The notes under the pieces were generated by a model that was given only the letters and a program-made list of their open reading frames with translations, had not been told where the DNA came from and did no database searches. Made by a program: the position numbers and the translations under genes. DNA of 60,680 bases, counting the filler, from Barthelona sp. PAP020 (Eukaryota), in the NCBI GenBank assembly GCA_040182905.1. It is 8 parts of 8 records of this genome, joined end to end, with 100 filler letters (N's around TTAATTAATTAA, not from the genome) between each part and the next. Parts side by side here need not be neighbours in the genome. Positions count along the whole stretch, not along the records: positions 45,707 to 53,153 come from JARQWU010000494.1; positions 53,254 to 60,680 come from JARQWU010000495.1; 6 more parts are not named here. One strand, written 5' to 3'. Shown here one piece after another: positions 51,051 through 60,680 of the stretch (the stretch's first letter is position 1; each line of letters starts with the position of its first letter).

Positions 51051-52406
51051 TTAATAATTAGAACATAAAGAATCTAACATTGATATCATAATGGCCATAC
51101 CCCCTTCATTTTGAGATTTTTGTTTGGTTCGGGCCAAATATCCTCCATTTTCAATAACAATGTTATCTTTTCCATATACGCAACCTCCAAAAATTCCTAA
51201 CTCTAAAATAGCATCTTCAACATGTCTCTTTTCAAAATTTACAAAAAAATCTGACGGTCTTGGAATAGGTCTAAAACGTTTCATACAAATAAATTGATTC
51301 CAATCTTCCCAATTTCCATTTTCAATATCTTCCAAAGTGTTTATGTTCAATCTATCCAATATATCTTTACCAAAGAAATTATGACCACCACCTTCTCTTG
51401 AAGGTTTCAAGACAAAATTTTCAGGATTTAAAAACACTTTGCTTAAAATATTTTTGGAATGGTCAGATCCATCAAGTTCAGCAATTTCACCAAGATTTCT
51501 ACGGAGTTTCACTGCAATATTTGTATCAATAAAATTTTCTAGAACGCCTGGAATGGCTAATCTTGCTTGAATGGTTTTAGAACCAGCGAGTTGTCCTGCA
51601 CAAGTAGGTAATGAAATAGCTTGAGTAAATTCGATCTTTTCCCTAATCTCCCACAACTTGTTTTCTTCGGTATAATGTGAAGGATCATAACCACATCTCC
51701 AATAAACTACCGCAACAGATCTACCTTCAAAAAACATTCTTTCACTTTCAAAAGACAAAGAATCTTTTAAATCATCAACAGAAGCAGCCACAAAAGGAAT
51801 TTGATAACGATTATAGACATCAGTCATAAGATGATATTGATCAAATGAATTTGCTTCAAAAGGTAAAGAAATTAACAAAACTATACCATTCTCAATTTGA
51901 CTGGCTTCATAAGCGTTTTTGATCGTGGAACAAAATGTTGAATCTGCTATGTTTGGAATAGGTTTTGATATACCTGTCAAAGAATGACAATATTGGTGCA
52001 TAGAAAACGTTTTGGGGGCCAAATGCGTGCAACCAACAGATACAGTGTTGATTTCAATGATTTTTGGAATTCCTTCATCAATCATATAATCAGTTCGAAT
52101 CATCATTGCTTTTTTTGCAGCACTTTTTGTTTTGATAGCGATTTGAAATAAATTACGAATAAACGTATCACTTTCAATTAATTTTGAAAGTGACTCACTC
52201 AAAAAATCAAAATTTTCACTAATATTCGACATTATATGCAACCATGATTCATTTAACTCTGTAATTTCATCAAATACATCCTTTTCGTAATGATAGGGGG
52301 ATAAAGTAACGCCAACTGGTCTGGTTGAACCATCACGATTCAGGAAAGATAAACCATTAATGGTCTGATATTTCTGCGTTCTATCCTCTAAATTAAATTT
52401 AGTCAT
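51051..52406 (-). CDS. GSS: Eukaryotic glutathione synthetase
   Basis: RTDYM, EINTVS, VYWRCGYDP, QLAGSKTIQ, VLKPSREGGGHN, ELGIFG, GYLARTK...EGG. Confidence 0.94.
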   Translation of the reverse strand: MTKFNLEDRTQKYQTINGLSFLNRDGSTRPVGVTLSPYHYEKDVFDEITELNESWLHIMSNISENFDFLSESLSKLIESDTFIRNLFQIAIKTKSAAKKAMMIRTDYMIDEGIPKIIEINTVSVGCTHLAPKTFSMHQYCHSLTGISKPIPNIADSTFCSTIKNAYEASQIENGIVLLISLPFEANSFDQYHLMTDVYNRYQIPFVAASVDDLKDSLSFESERMFFEGRSVAVVYWRCGYDPSHYTEENKLWEIREKIEFTQAISLPTCAGQLAGSKTIQARLAIPGVLENFIDTNIAVKLRRNLGEIAELDGSDHSKNILSKVFLNPENFVLKPSREGGGHNFFGKDILDRLNINTLEDIENGNWEDWNQFICMKRFRPIPRPSDFFVNFEKRHVEDAILELGIFGGCVYGKDNIVIENGGYLARTKQKSQNEGGMAIMISMLDSLCSNY

Positions 52407-52956
52407 CGAACAAAAAAAGCAAGTTTGGTGAAAGTCAATCTGCTGCCCACAATAGATTGTTTTCCTTTAATCCAATATTTAATTGTTGTTTTTTGTATAG
52501 CACAGTTTTCTAATAATTTATGAGGATGAAGTGATGTTTTCATCTTTGAGAATTTATCATGTAAGAGACTTCCATTTCTTTGTGTTCGAAACATCCAAAA
52601 GAAGTGAATGAGTAATTAAAGCGAACAGGACTGATATTATATTTGAAAAAAAAATTTTTCATGGAAAAAGAATTTTTTTCCTTAAAAACATTTTGATTTT
52701 GAATTTTGGGTGTTGAATTTAAGATTTATTTGTAAGATTCTCAATTTGTGGCATAAATTTTTGAAAATGCATGAAGAATTCACTTCATCTCATTTCATCC
52801 AGAATTTTCAAGCCACAGTAAGTTTTTCCTCTTATTCTTCTGAGTCACAAGAATCAAAAAAATACTTTGATGATTTTGCAGAATCAAATGTCAATTTGTC
52901 AGAAACAACACCTTTTACACATAAACTGCACAACCTTTAGTTTTTTTTTTTTCACA

Positions 52957-53153
52957 ATGTCTTCTTGGTCACTGGATGACTATGAAGTGATATCACTTTT
53001 AGGAAGTGGTTCATACGGAAGAGTTCAGAAAGTTATGCGGAAAAAAGACAAGAAAATATTTGCATGCAAGGAGATCCATTATGCATCCATGAGTGAAAGA
53101 GAAAAACAATTTTTGGTCAGTGAAGTCAATATATTGAAAGGGTTGGATCATGC
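52957..53153 (+). CDS. NIMA-related (NEK2-like) kinase, 5' fragment
   Basis: DDYEVISLLGSGSYGRVQKV...ACKEIHYASMSEREKQFLVSEVNIL. Confidence 0.9.
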
Positions 53154-53253
53154 NNNNNNNNNNNNNNNNNNNNNNNNNNNNNNNNNNNNNNNNNNNNTTA
53201 ATTAATTAANNNNNNNNNNNNNNNNNNNNNNNNNNNNNNNNNNNNNNNNNNNN
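53154..53253. other. Artificial contig linker
   Basis: N-run with central TTAATTAATTAA. Confidence 0.97.
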
Positions 53254-53427
53254 ATCTTCATATGTAAAATCTTTGGCAAATATATTTTCTAACCATTTTA
53301 ATATTGTAAATAAATCAGAAAAAGTGGAATCATCTTTAATGATGTCAAAATCACATTCATCGTTTAAAACATGATCTTCACGTTGTTCACGTATTAATGA
53401 ATACAATTCATAAGTGTCGGAATCCAT
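53254..53427 (-). CDS. 5' fragment of a hypothetical protein (weak Nup107-like ILKWLE segment)
   Basis: ATG at 53427, open to the contig edge. Confidence 0.45.
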
Positions 53428-53804
53428 CTTGTTTCAATAAAGAAATTTTTATAAATTATTTTTGATCATATTAACAATGAAGGCATTATCAAAGATAATA
53501 GATTGAATAAACTAAAATATCAACAGAAAAACAGTTGTTAATTTGACTAAACAAAAAAATTTTTTTTTTTTAACCAAACCAGACCATTTATAAAATAATT
53601 GATTATTAAAAGTTTTTAAAATCTTGTTTGATTAATATTGTTCAACCAAATTTACAAAAAATCACACATAAATTGAATTGATATCAAAAATATCTTTGAA
53701 AAGATTTCGGTTTATATTTCTTGATTTATTACTATTCTTCCAAAAATGTTATGAATTTAAAATAAATAAAAAAACAAATAAATATGAATTTTATGATAAC
53801 AATT

Positions 53805-55256
53805 TCAAAGTGGTTCATCTTCCTTTATTTTTTCTGCTTGTTCTTCAATTATTATTTCTTCATTATTTTTATACTCCATAACACAATCATCATCACTTTC
53901 TTGATCAACATTTTCCATTTCTTTTTGAACACCAATAAACCCACGATATAACCTTATCAAACATGATAAAATTATAAAAACTTCAATACAAAATAAAACT
54001 AAACTTAATGACACGAAGAAAGGATTCATATCTTCTTGATTATACCAAAAACCCAAATATTGTATACTTGAAGAATTAGGTTCAAGGTCTTTTTCTCCTA
54101 AATGAACAAGTTTTCCAAAACTTTGATTAAAATATTCCATACAATTACTGAAATTCAGTGAAACTAAAAATTTTATGGCCAAAGCAAACTTGTCCAAAAA
54201 GATACCAGAATTCTTCCATGAATGTGTCCAATCAAATAGTCTAAAAAGTAAAATATTACTGAAGAAATTTAATCCACAACCATATTCAAAAAAAAATGGT
54301 AAAAACCAATAAATCCATGTGAAAAATTGGGTATGAATGCCTCTTGAAGTTGCGTATATCACAAAAGAAGGAAATAAAATAACAAAAGCCCAAAACTTCT
54401 GAGATTCAATTTGACGTATATCAAACAGATACTTTCTTGTTTTAATTGTTTTGAAAACTCCAAAAACAAATATCAAATTAATAGTAGCAAATGCTAGCAT
54501 TAGTACTTGATAAAAGGTGGAATTGAGTCGAAGCAAATCCCCCAAAAATCCCCATTGAAAATTATCCCTTGGAACAAAATCTCTGCTTAAATTAAAGAAA
54601 ATTTGAATAAACGTTCTAAAACCCCCTGCAGTATCAATAAAAGGTCGACATATCATGAAAACCATCAACAAATTGAAAGAAATAATTGTCAAAGCCTCAG
54701 AAATCTTTAGTCTTTTAAAAATTAAACGACAAAAATAATACAATCCAACACCCAATAAAAAAGAAACAGAATTCATCTTGAACAAAACAGAACAACAACA
54801 AAAGAAGACCCCAATAATATCAAATCCTCTCATGATAAACATCAATGAAACAAGTTGTAAAAATGAAACATAGATATCGTTAGAACCATTGGAAACACTT
54901 CCCCTATAACTCGTTTGACATATTATATTGAAAACAAATAACACATAGGGACTTTTAAAATATTTCTTAAAACATTTATATATCAATAAACTATTAAGAC
55001 AATAGAATATCATTTGAAAATGTAATAAGGATATTTCGGTTGGAAAAAATCGGGTTAATATATCATACAGATAAACAAATATCGGACCATAATACATATA
55101 TCCATAATCACAAATGTAATCATCATAATCAACTATCTTTGACTGAAAACGTTGAGCAAAAAATTGATAACAAGGAATATCAACAGAAATATAATATTTC
55201 GCAGAATATACACATCTTATTACTTCTATTATTACTAATATAAAATAATCAAACAT
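53805..55256 (-). CDS. ALG3: ALG3-like Dol-P-Man alpha-1,3-mannosyltransferase (GT-C fold), divergent
   Basis: Multi-TM protein. DYGYMYYGPIF (cf. DTGPLVYPAGF), ND, FKMN, FNLSRDF...QWGFL, SRGIHTQFFTW (cf. SRSLHYQFYxW). Confidence 0.75.
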   Translation of the reverse strand: MFDYFILVIIEVIRCVYSAKYYISVDIPCYQFFAQRFQSKIVDYDDYICDYGYMYYGPIFVYLYDILTRFFPTEISLLHFQMIFYCLNSLLIYKCFKKYFKSPYVLFVFNIICQTSYRGSVSNGSNDIYVSFLQLVSLMFIMRGFDIIGVFFCCCSVLFKMNSVSFLLGVGLYYFCRLIFKRLKISEALTIISFNLLMVFMICRPFIDTAGGFRTFIQIFFNLSRDFVPRDNFQWGFLGDLLRLNSTFYQVLMLAFATINLIFVFGVFKTIKTRKYLFDIRQIESQKFWAFVILFPSFVIYATSRGIHTQFFTWIYWFLPFFFEYGCGLNFFSNILLFRLFDWTHSWKNSGIFLDKFALAIKFLVSLNFSNCMEYFNQSFGKLVHLGEKDLEPNSSSIQYLGFWYNQEDMNPFFVSLSLVLFCIEVFIILSCLIRLYRGFIGVQKEMENVDQESDDDCVMEYKNNEEIIIEEQAEKIKEDEPL

Positions 55257-56000
55257 TTAACAATGCAAAAAAGAAAGAAATCAGAATAAATGGTTTTTTT
55301 TGAATGAATATTGTTTTATCTCTATTCAATCTTTAAAATTCATTACATGTTTTTTAAAATATTTTACTTATAATTATAAAAGCCATCAATTATGCAAATT
55401 CTTTTCAAAATGTTCATCAATCAACATATTTCAAAAATACAACAGTCTTTTGAGTCATAATACATACAAATTGAATGAAGATTATGAGGATATTTTTCAA
55501 ATATTTGATGTATGAAAAAACACTCTTGAATTTATTTATACCACACAAAATTAACAAATCAAACAAATCAAATTTAGTTCTATAAAGGCAATAAACGATG
55601 AACAAAAGATCCGAAGAGGTTATTTGCGAGATTTTTTTCTTTTTTCTTTGCAGAATTTTTTTCCCTGAGATTCAAACTCCCTCAAATTAATATCAAGAAA
55701 ATGTTTTGTTGAGAAATGTTTGATATTTAATCGCGTAACGTCAATTAGATAAATACCTGAAAAGATAATATGCAGCTTTTGTGTTTAAAAAAGAAAAGAA
55801 CAAGACTTGTTTACAACTTAAATGTTTTCATAGGGTTGGAACCTTCATCATCCCTTTTTAACCAAATGGAAAAGCATGTCCTGGGAGATAAAAATCAAAG
55901 TATATTATCTGATAACCATCAAATGTACAAACACTAATATAAACTTTGGAAAGTGTGTGAAAACCTTTGAAAAAAGAAAAAGACAAAAAATGAAAGATCT

Positions 56001-57839
56001 CTAAGGAGAGGCAGGGGCCAAATCATCTGAGGGAGCGAATGTAACTGTTCCTTTCAATGATAAAAAAAACTTAAGATAAATAAAAAACAAAAATAATATC
56101 ACAAGGTAGATGACAACTAAATATATAATATCACAACCAACACATGCATTTGCCATACCAAACCATTCAATTACCTCGTTACCATTTGTGAATGGACAGA
56201 TTCCATCAACCAATTGATCTGTTGTACAATATAAAGGTAAATCTTGAAATTCTGTGACAAACAAAATTTCATAACCGTAATTGAGAAAAGAAATCGAAGC
56301 AATCCATTTCAGCCAACTTGGAACTGAACCAGAATTGACCAAAAATCCAGAATACAACGCAAAAATGATCAATATGCTGGGACCAACAATTTGAGCAAAA
56401 AATTGGTTCGGTGATATTAATGCCAGTAAGAAACCCAATTGCTCAGCAGTTAAACCAACCAGTTCTAAAACAAGAAGAAAAGTGAGAAAATTGCCTATAC
56501 TACTTTGAAATCCAACAATTGGATAGACGATTATCAATGTAACAAAAGGCCAAACCAAAGAGGTTGTTAAAGTTGGTAAAATGCGAGAAATAAAGTATGG
56601 AACAGTTCGATAAACGTGTTCATAAGTTTCTCGTCGGACTAATTCTTTCTCCCAATAATATGACTGTAAAGGTTGTGAAATTGAAGTAAAGGTGATGCTC
56701 ATGATAATGAAGAACAAAGCACCGGCTCTGTTTTGTATTCCTGTTTGATCACTGTTGATTCCAAAATAAACAAAACCAATCAACAAAGCAATAAAAATTG
56801 AACCTAACAAACGAGACACCAGTGTTGTTTTTGATCTCAACACTGATCTGAAAGCTCTTTGCAGCAAAAAATGAAATTGCACTGCAAAGCTCGAATTATA
56901 TCCATATGACACATTTTGTGAATCAATGACACTGGAAGTTTGTAAAATTTCCTGTTTTTCCTCAATAAACCTATTTCTGGAAATTTTTTCCAATTGTTGC
57001 AATTGTTCACGAGAGATAGGAATAAGAGAATTATTTGAAACAATATCTAACAAATAATCACAAAGATTTGTTTCACTTGGACATTGTAATTCTAGGGTGG
57101 CAAGGTCTTCAACCAATAAATCAGCAGAACCAAAATATGCAACTTTTCCTTCACACAAAACGCAAATTCTGTGAAATTTTTGAAATATCTCATACTTAGG
57201 TTGATGAATAGAGACTATGAGTGAAATATTTCGTTCTTCGGCAATTTTATGAAATGTTTCGATCATTTGTTCTGCTCTAGTACTATCAACATTTGTAGTT
57301 GGTTCATCAAGCATTAAAATGGGCATATTTCCACATAATTCAACTCCTACATTGACTCGTTTGCGCTCTCCACCAGAAATATGGGAATTTGTAATAGCAT
57401 CTCCAACTATTTGATTGCGAACAATATTCAAGCTTAAGTCATCTAGTATTTGCTGAAGAGTCGCTAACTTTTCTTCTTCACTCCCAGAAACCCGTAAAAA
57501 TGAATGAAATTTTATGGATTCTTCGACGGTCAAATATGGAACAATTAGATCTTCCTGAGTAACAACACCAACCTTACCTTTCATTTGTTTAGACTTCAAA
57601 ACATTAGTTCCATCAACATAAAATTCTCCAAATGCTTGACCAGTTTGGGCTCTGCCTGATAATAAACTAATTAGTGAAGTTTTAGCACTTCCACTCGGTC
57701 CCAATAAACCTAGTGAATGACCTGGCTTGCAATAAGAATAAATATTTGAAAGCAAAATGACTTTTCCAGTTCTATCTTCAATTTCATAAGTTAAATTATC
57801 CCAAAGTATGGACAAATTAAAAACAGTGTCATTTGACAT
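56001..57839 (-). CDS. ABCG/White-family half transporter
   Basis: N-terminal NBD (GPSGSAKT, ISGGERKR, LDEPT, SIHQP) and C-terminal TMD (IQNRAGALFF, SGFLVN). Confidence 0.95.
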   Translation of the reverse strand: MSNDTVFNLSILWDNLTYEIEDRTGKVILLSNIYSYCKPGHSLGLLGPSGSAKTSLISLLSGRAQTGQAFGEFYVDGTNVLKSKQMKGKVGVVTQEDLIVPYLTVEESIKFHSFLRVSGSEEEKLATLQQILDDLSLNIVRNQIVGDAITNSHISGGERKRVNVGVELCGNMPILMLDEPTTNVDSTRAEQMIETFHKIAEERNISLIVSIHQPKYEIFQKFHRICVLCEGKVAYFGSADLLVEDLATLELQCPSETNLCDYLLDIVSNNSLIPISREQLQQLEKISRNRFIEEKQEILQTSSVIDSQNVSYGYNSSFAVQFHFLLQRAFRSVLRSKTTLVSRLLGSIFIALLIGFVYFGINSDQTGIQNRAGALFFIIMSITFTSISQPLQSYYWEKELVRRETYEHVYRTVPYFISRILPTLTTSLVWPFVTLIIVYPIVGFQSSIGNFLTFLLVLELVGLTAEQLGFLLALISPNQFFAQIVGPSILIIFALYSGFLVNSGSVPSWLKWIASISFLNYGYEILFVTEFQDLPLYCTTDQLVDGICPFTNGNEVIEWFGMANACVGCDIIYLVVIYLVILFLFFIYLKFFLSLKGTVTFAPSDDLAPASP

Positions 57840-58129
57840 TGACTCTATAAAAATTCATTATACTATGAAGATTTATTTTAATTTTCAATTTCTACAGAAA
57901 AAATTTTTACAGAAACAAGTAACATCTAATATTTCAAACTTTCATTGTTAATTCAAGCTTAATCGTAATATATAACATCAAAAAGGTAGGTTTACCAAAA
58001 AGAAAAAAGGATTTATCTTTTGCGTTCTTTACATTTTGCAAATAAATGAAATAATAAAGTGGTTCATCAAAGAAATATTTATATATACATATCAATCTTT
58101 CTTTTTCCGGTTTATCACAATTTTCCACT

Positions 58130-58945
58130 TTAAAAACTGTTTGAAATTCGCTCAACAGTTTTAACAATAGAATCTCGTAAATTTTCATTAAGAGCATCCT
58201 GATGAGGAGATTGAAATGTCTGATCATCATTATCAAAGTACTTTCCCGAAGAATCCAAAAATTCATCCGAAAGACTTGCTTTGTAGAGAATATCGGCTCC
58301 TATTTGAACGTCTTTCCCATCAACACCAAAAGCCTCTTTGACCATCTTAGTTCCAAGCATTGCCCCAGGGTGAACAGCTACAATTATTGGTCCAGTGTCT
58401 TGTAATTGCTGCGCAAGCGAGAAAGACCACATAACTGTGGCTAATTTGCTTTGTGCATATGCCTGTACATCCTTTTTCAATCTCTTTTTTCCCAATAAGG
58501 CATCTATTTCGACAGTTTGTTGGGAACAAGAAACAATGTTAATAACTCTACTTGTGGAAGAAAGTAGACAAAGTAAATTTTGAGTCAACCTATATGGAGC
58601 AATGGTATTAACCATGAATCTGACATCAATACCACATTCAAGAATTGGGTTTAAAACTTTATAAATCCCTGCATTGTTGATTATCACATCCAATTCAGAA
58701 AATCTTTCTTTGATTGCATTACTCATTACATCAACCTCTGTTAACATGGAAAAATCCGCTTGAAAACATTCAAAATTATCTTTAAAATCAGAAAACTCCT
58801 CTTTAAGAGCATCTAATTTTTGTGGATTCCGGCCATGCAACAGAACATAATGCCCATCTTCAATAAGCATTTTGGCTGCTAATTTTCCTATTCCATCCGT
58901 TGATCCGGTCACAAGAATTACCTTTTTTCCTTCATTTAGATTCAT
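58130..58945 (-). CDS. Short-chain dehydrogenase/reductase, bacterial-like
   Basis: TGSTDGIG, INNAG, YAQSK, HPGAMLGTKMVKEAFG. Confidence 0.92.
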   Translation of the reverse strand: MNLNEGKKVILVTGSTDGIGKLAAKMLIEDGHYVLLHGRNPQKLDALKEEFSDFKDNFECFQADFSMLTEVDVMSNAIKERFSELDVIINNAGIYKVLNPILECGIDVRFMVNTIAPYRLTQNLLCLLSSTSRVINIVSCSQQTVEIDALLGKKRLKKDVQAYAQSKLATVMWSFSLAQQLQDTGPIIVAVHPGAMLGTKMVKEAFGVDGKDVQIGADILYKASLSDEFLDSSGKYFDNDDQTFQSPHQDALNENLRDSIVKTVERISNSF

Positions 58946-59137
58946 GTTTAGCTAATAGAAACCAAATTTGATAAAATATAGAAATCATCAGTTTTACAAT
59001 AAGAATAATCTACAAACTGTTTAAATCATCTTTTTTTTTGTGTTAAATAATGTGCTCCATAATATAATGGAATGATCTCAGTTAAATGTTACAAAATGTA
59101 ACATAAAAAGAATTAATTTTGTCCCTTCATATGCAGG

Positions 59138-60352
59138 ATGTCCATCGAACTAAGGAAAGAAAATGTCGAAAAGACCATCCAAGACGAATTGACATTGAAA
59201 ATTGATGAAGAGAATGTTCATTTTATGAAAGAAATTGTTTCCGATTGCTTATTCAGATGTAAATATTCACCAAATAATAAACATTTGATACTTACTGATT
59301 ATAAAGGACCTGCAATTGTGGTTGATACCAAAACTGGTGAAAGCAATCGTATAACGAATACCAATGAACGTCATGCCTCTGACATTGCATTTTCCCCAAA
59401 TGGAGAATTATTAGCCACTAGTGGGGATGTTGATGCTATCTTTATTTATGAAACAAAGAATTTTCTTCTTTTGTACCAGCTAGAAGACAGTGAATGCGAA
59501 GCGTCTTTATGTTTTTCAAAATGTTCTAATTATTTATTTTCTGGCTCTTTTAAAACCCTAAGGAAATGGGATGTAAAGAGAAATTTTTCTCTCATTTTTG
59601 AAGTTGAAATCCATTCTGATTGGGTAGATCCAATATATATTTCTCGTGATAATAAGCATCTGTTAACAGTCAGTCAAGATAAAACCGCGAAAATTATTGA
59701 TTGTGACAGTTTCGCTATTCTTCAAACATTTTACCATGATCATTGGGTGAAAAGTGGTGACTTTCATCCAACAAAAAACATTGTTGCAATTGGTGATTGT
59801 GGAAATGTGATAAAAATTTGGAACTTCGATAATGGTTCTCTGGTTCATACAATTGAGCTCAATGGTACTGTGACTGGAATTTGTTATCTAATCTGTGGTA
59901 TTTTGATCACTATGTGTAGTGATGGTTTTATTACTTTATACAGTATTGAGACCTATGACCAAATTCAAAAAGTGTATTGTAATTGCGATAAAGTATGGTC
60001 TTCAATGACAATATCATCTGACAACACTTTTTTAACTTGTGGAAGATGTGAAGAAAACAGTGTAAAGTCGTATCCTCTAAAAACTTCATCCATGCGTTCA
60101 CTTTCAAAACTTGTTGAAATTTCCCGGGGCTATGGATATGTTTTGTCAAAAGTCATTTCTATTGAACCAAATGTTGAGAATAATATAATTAGACGTCTTG
60201 TGGCTGCCGGTGTTGATATAAACAATGAAGAGTATCATATGTTTTTTGATACTATTTGGGATTTGGTTGACCTTAATGAAAAAAATGGGGGGAACCTACT
60301 TAAATTTATGGAAGAAGAAGAAGAAGAAGAAGAGGAAAATAGGGATGAATAG
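59138..60352 (+). CDS. WD40-repeat protein
   Basis: IAFSPNGELLATSG, LRKWD, HSDWV...LLTVSQDKTAKI, IKIWN; acidic tail. Confidence 0.9.
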   Translation: MSIELRKENVEKTIQDELTLKIDEENVHFMKEIVSDCLFRCKYSPNNKHLILTDYKGPAIVVDTKTGESNRITNTNERHASDIAFSPNGELLATSGDVDAIFIYETKNFLLLYQLEDSECEASLCFSKCSNYLFSGSFKTLRKWDVKRNFSLIFEVEIHSDWVDPIYISRDNKHLLTVSQDKTAKIIDCDSFAILQTFYHDHWVKSGDFHPTKNIVAIGDCGNVIKIWNFDNGSLVHTIELNGTVTGICYLICGILITMCSDGFITLYSIETYDQIQKVYCNCDKVWSSMTISSDNTFLTCGRCEENSVKSYPLKTSSMRSLSKLVEISRGYGYVLSKVISIEPNVENNIIRRLVAAGVDINNEEYHMFFDTIWDLVDLNEKNGGNLLKFMEEEEEEEEENRDE

Positions 60353-60514
60353 GAGTAATTTTTGACTCGAATTGTTGTAAAGCGTTTGTTTTTGTTTATT
60401 TATTTATTTTTGACAAAAGTGAAATGGTTTTTGGAGGTTCGATCATAAACCTTGGCCATCCCAACCTCGAAGATAATTGTACCAAATTACAAAATGACTA
60501 CAATATTTATGCAA

Positions 60515-60680
60515 TCAGAAGCATTCAAGTGTTAAAATAGCTTCGTCAATTTTTGCCATGGCAAAATCCAACCTAGATATAGCAATTTGCTTTTCATTTG
60601 CAGTATCAGGTTCATTGTGTAGATTTATTGATCTTCTTCTAAGATTGCGATAGGAATGATACAGCCTTTCAATAACTGGC
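60515..60680 (-). CDS. 3' end of a hypothetical protein
   Basis: Open frame from the window edge: PVIERLYHSYRNLRRR...IDEAILTLECF then stop. Confidence 0.5.
   Translation of the reverse strand, partial: PVIERLYHSYRNLRRRSINLHNEPDTANEKQIAISRLDFAMAKIDEAILTLECF

Noticed and set aside
52710..52940. ORF or possible GTAAGT intron upstream of the NEK kinase
   Set aside because: Splicing to the AG at 52940 is out of frame with the kinase ATG, and there is no branch-point motif.
60434..60445. GGTTCGATC resembling a tRNA T-loop / B-box
   Set aside because: No T-stem, acceptor stem or cloverleaf; no tRNA was found in the window.

Overview
This window is not contiguous DNA. It holds eight unrelated contigs of about 7.4-7.6 kb, joined by artificial 100-nt linkers (N-run, TTAATTAATTAA, N-run). 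The source is an AT-rich, gene-dense, intron-poor eukaryote, probably a flagellated protist (TTLL glutamylase, CFAP45-like fragment). Recognisable genes include a ValRS fragment, RAD50, TRAPPC2, a TTLL, ITFG1, WDR81, a three-exon RPS23 missed by the ORF track, SF3B5, ABCC and ABCG transporters, a p47-like UBX protein, QTRT1, a myotubularin, ARP8, glutathione synthetase, a NEK fragment and an ALG3-like transferase. Several enzymes look bacterial (cupin, SDR, amidohydrolase, MBL). Three observations stand out. (1) A ~400-nt non-coding, foldable element occurs on two unlinked contigs (16431-16831 and 44002-44397), with a third, structurally similar element at ~8679-9020; all three sit between convergent genes. 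(2) A DIRS-like retroelement carries RT, RNase H and tyrosine recombinase fused in one intact 1209-aa ORF. (3) The three introns found are 40-65 nt, GTATGY-type, with the branch point tightly coupled to the 3' AG. All family calls come from motif recognition by eye; no searches were run.
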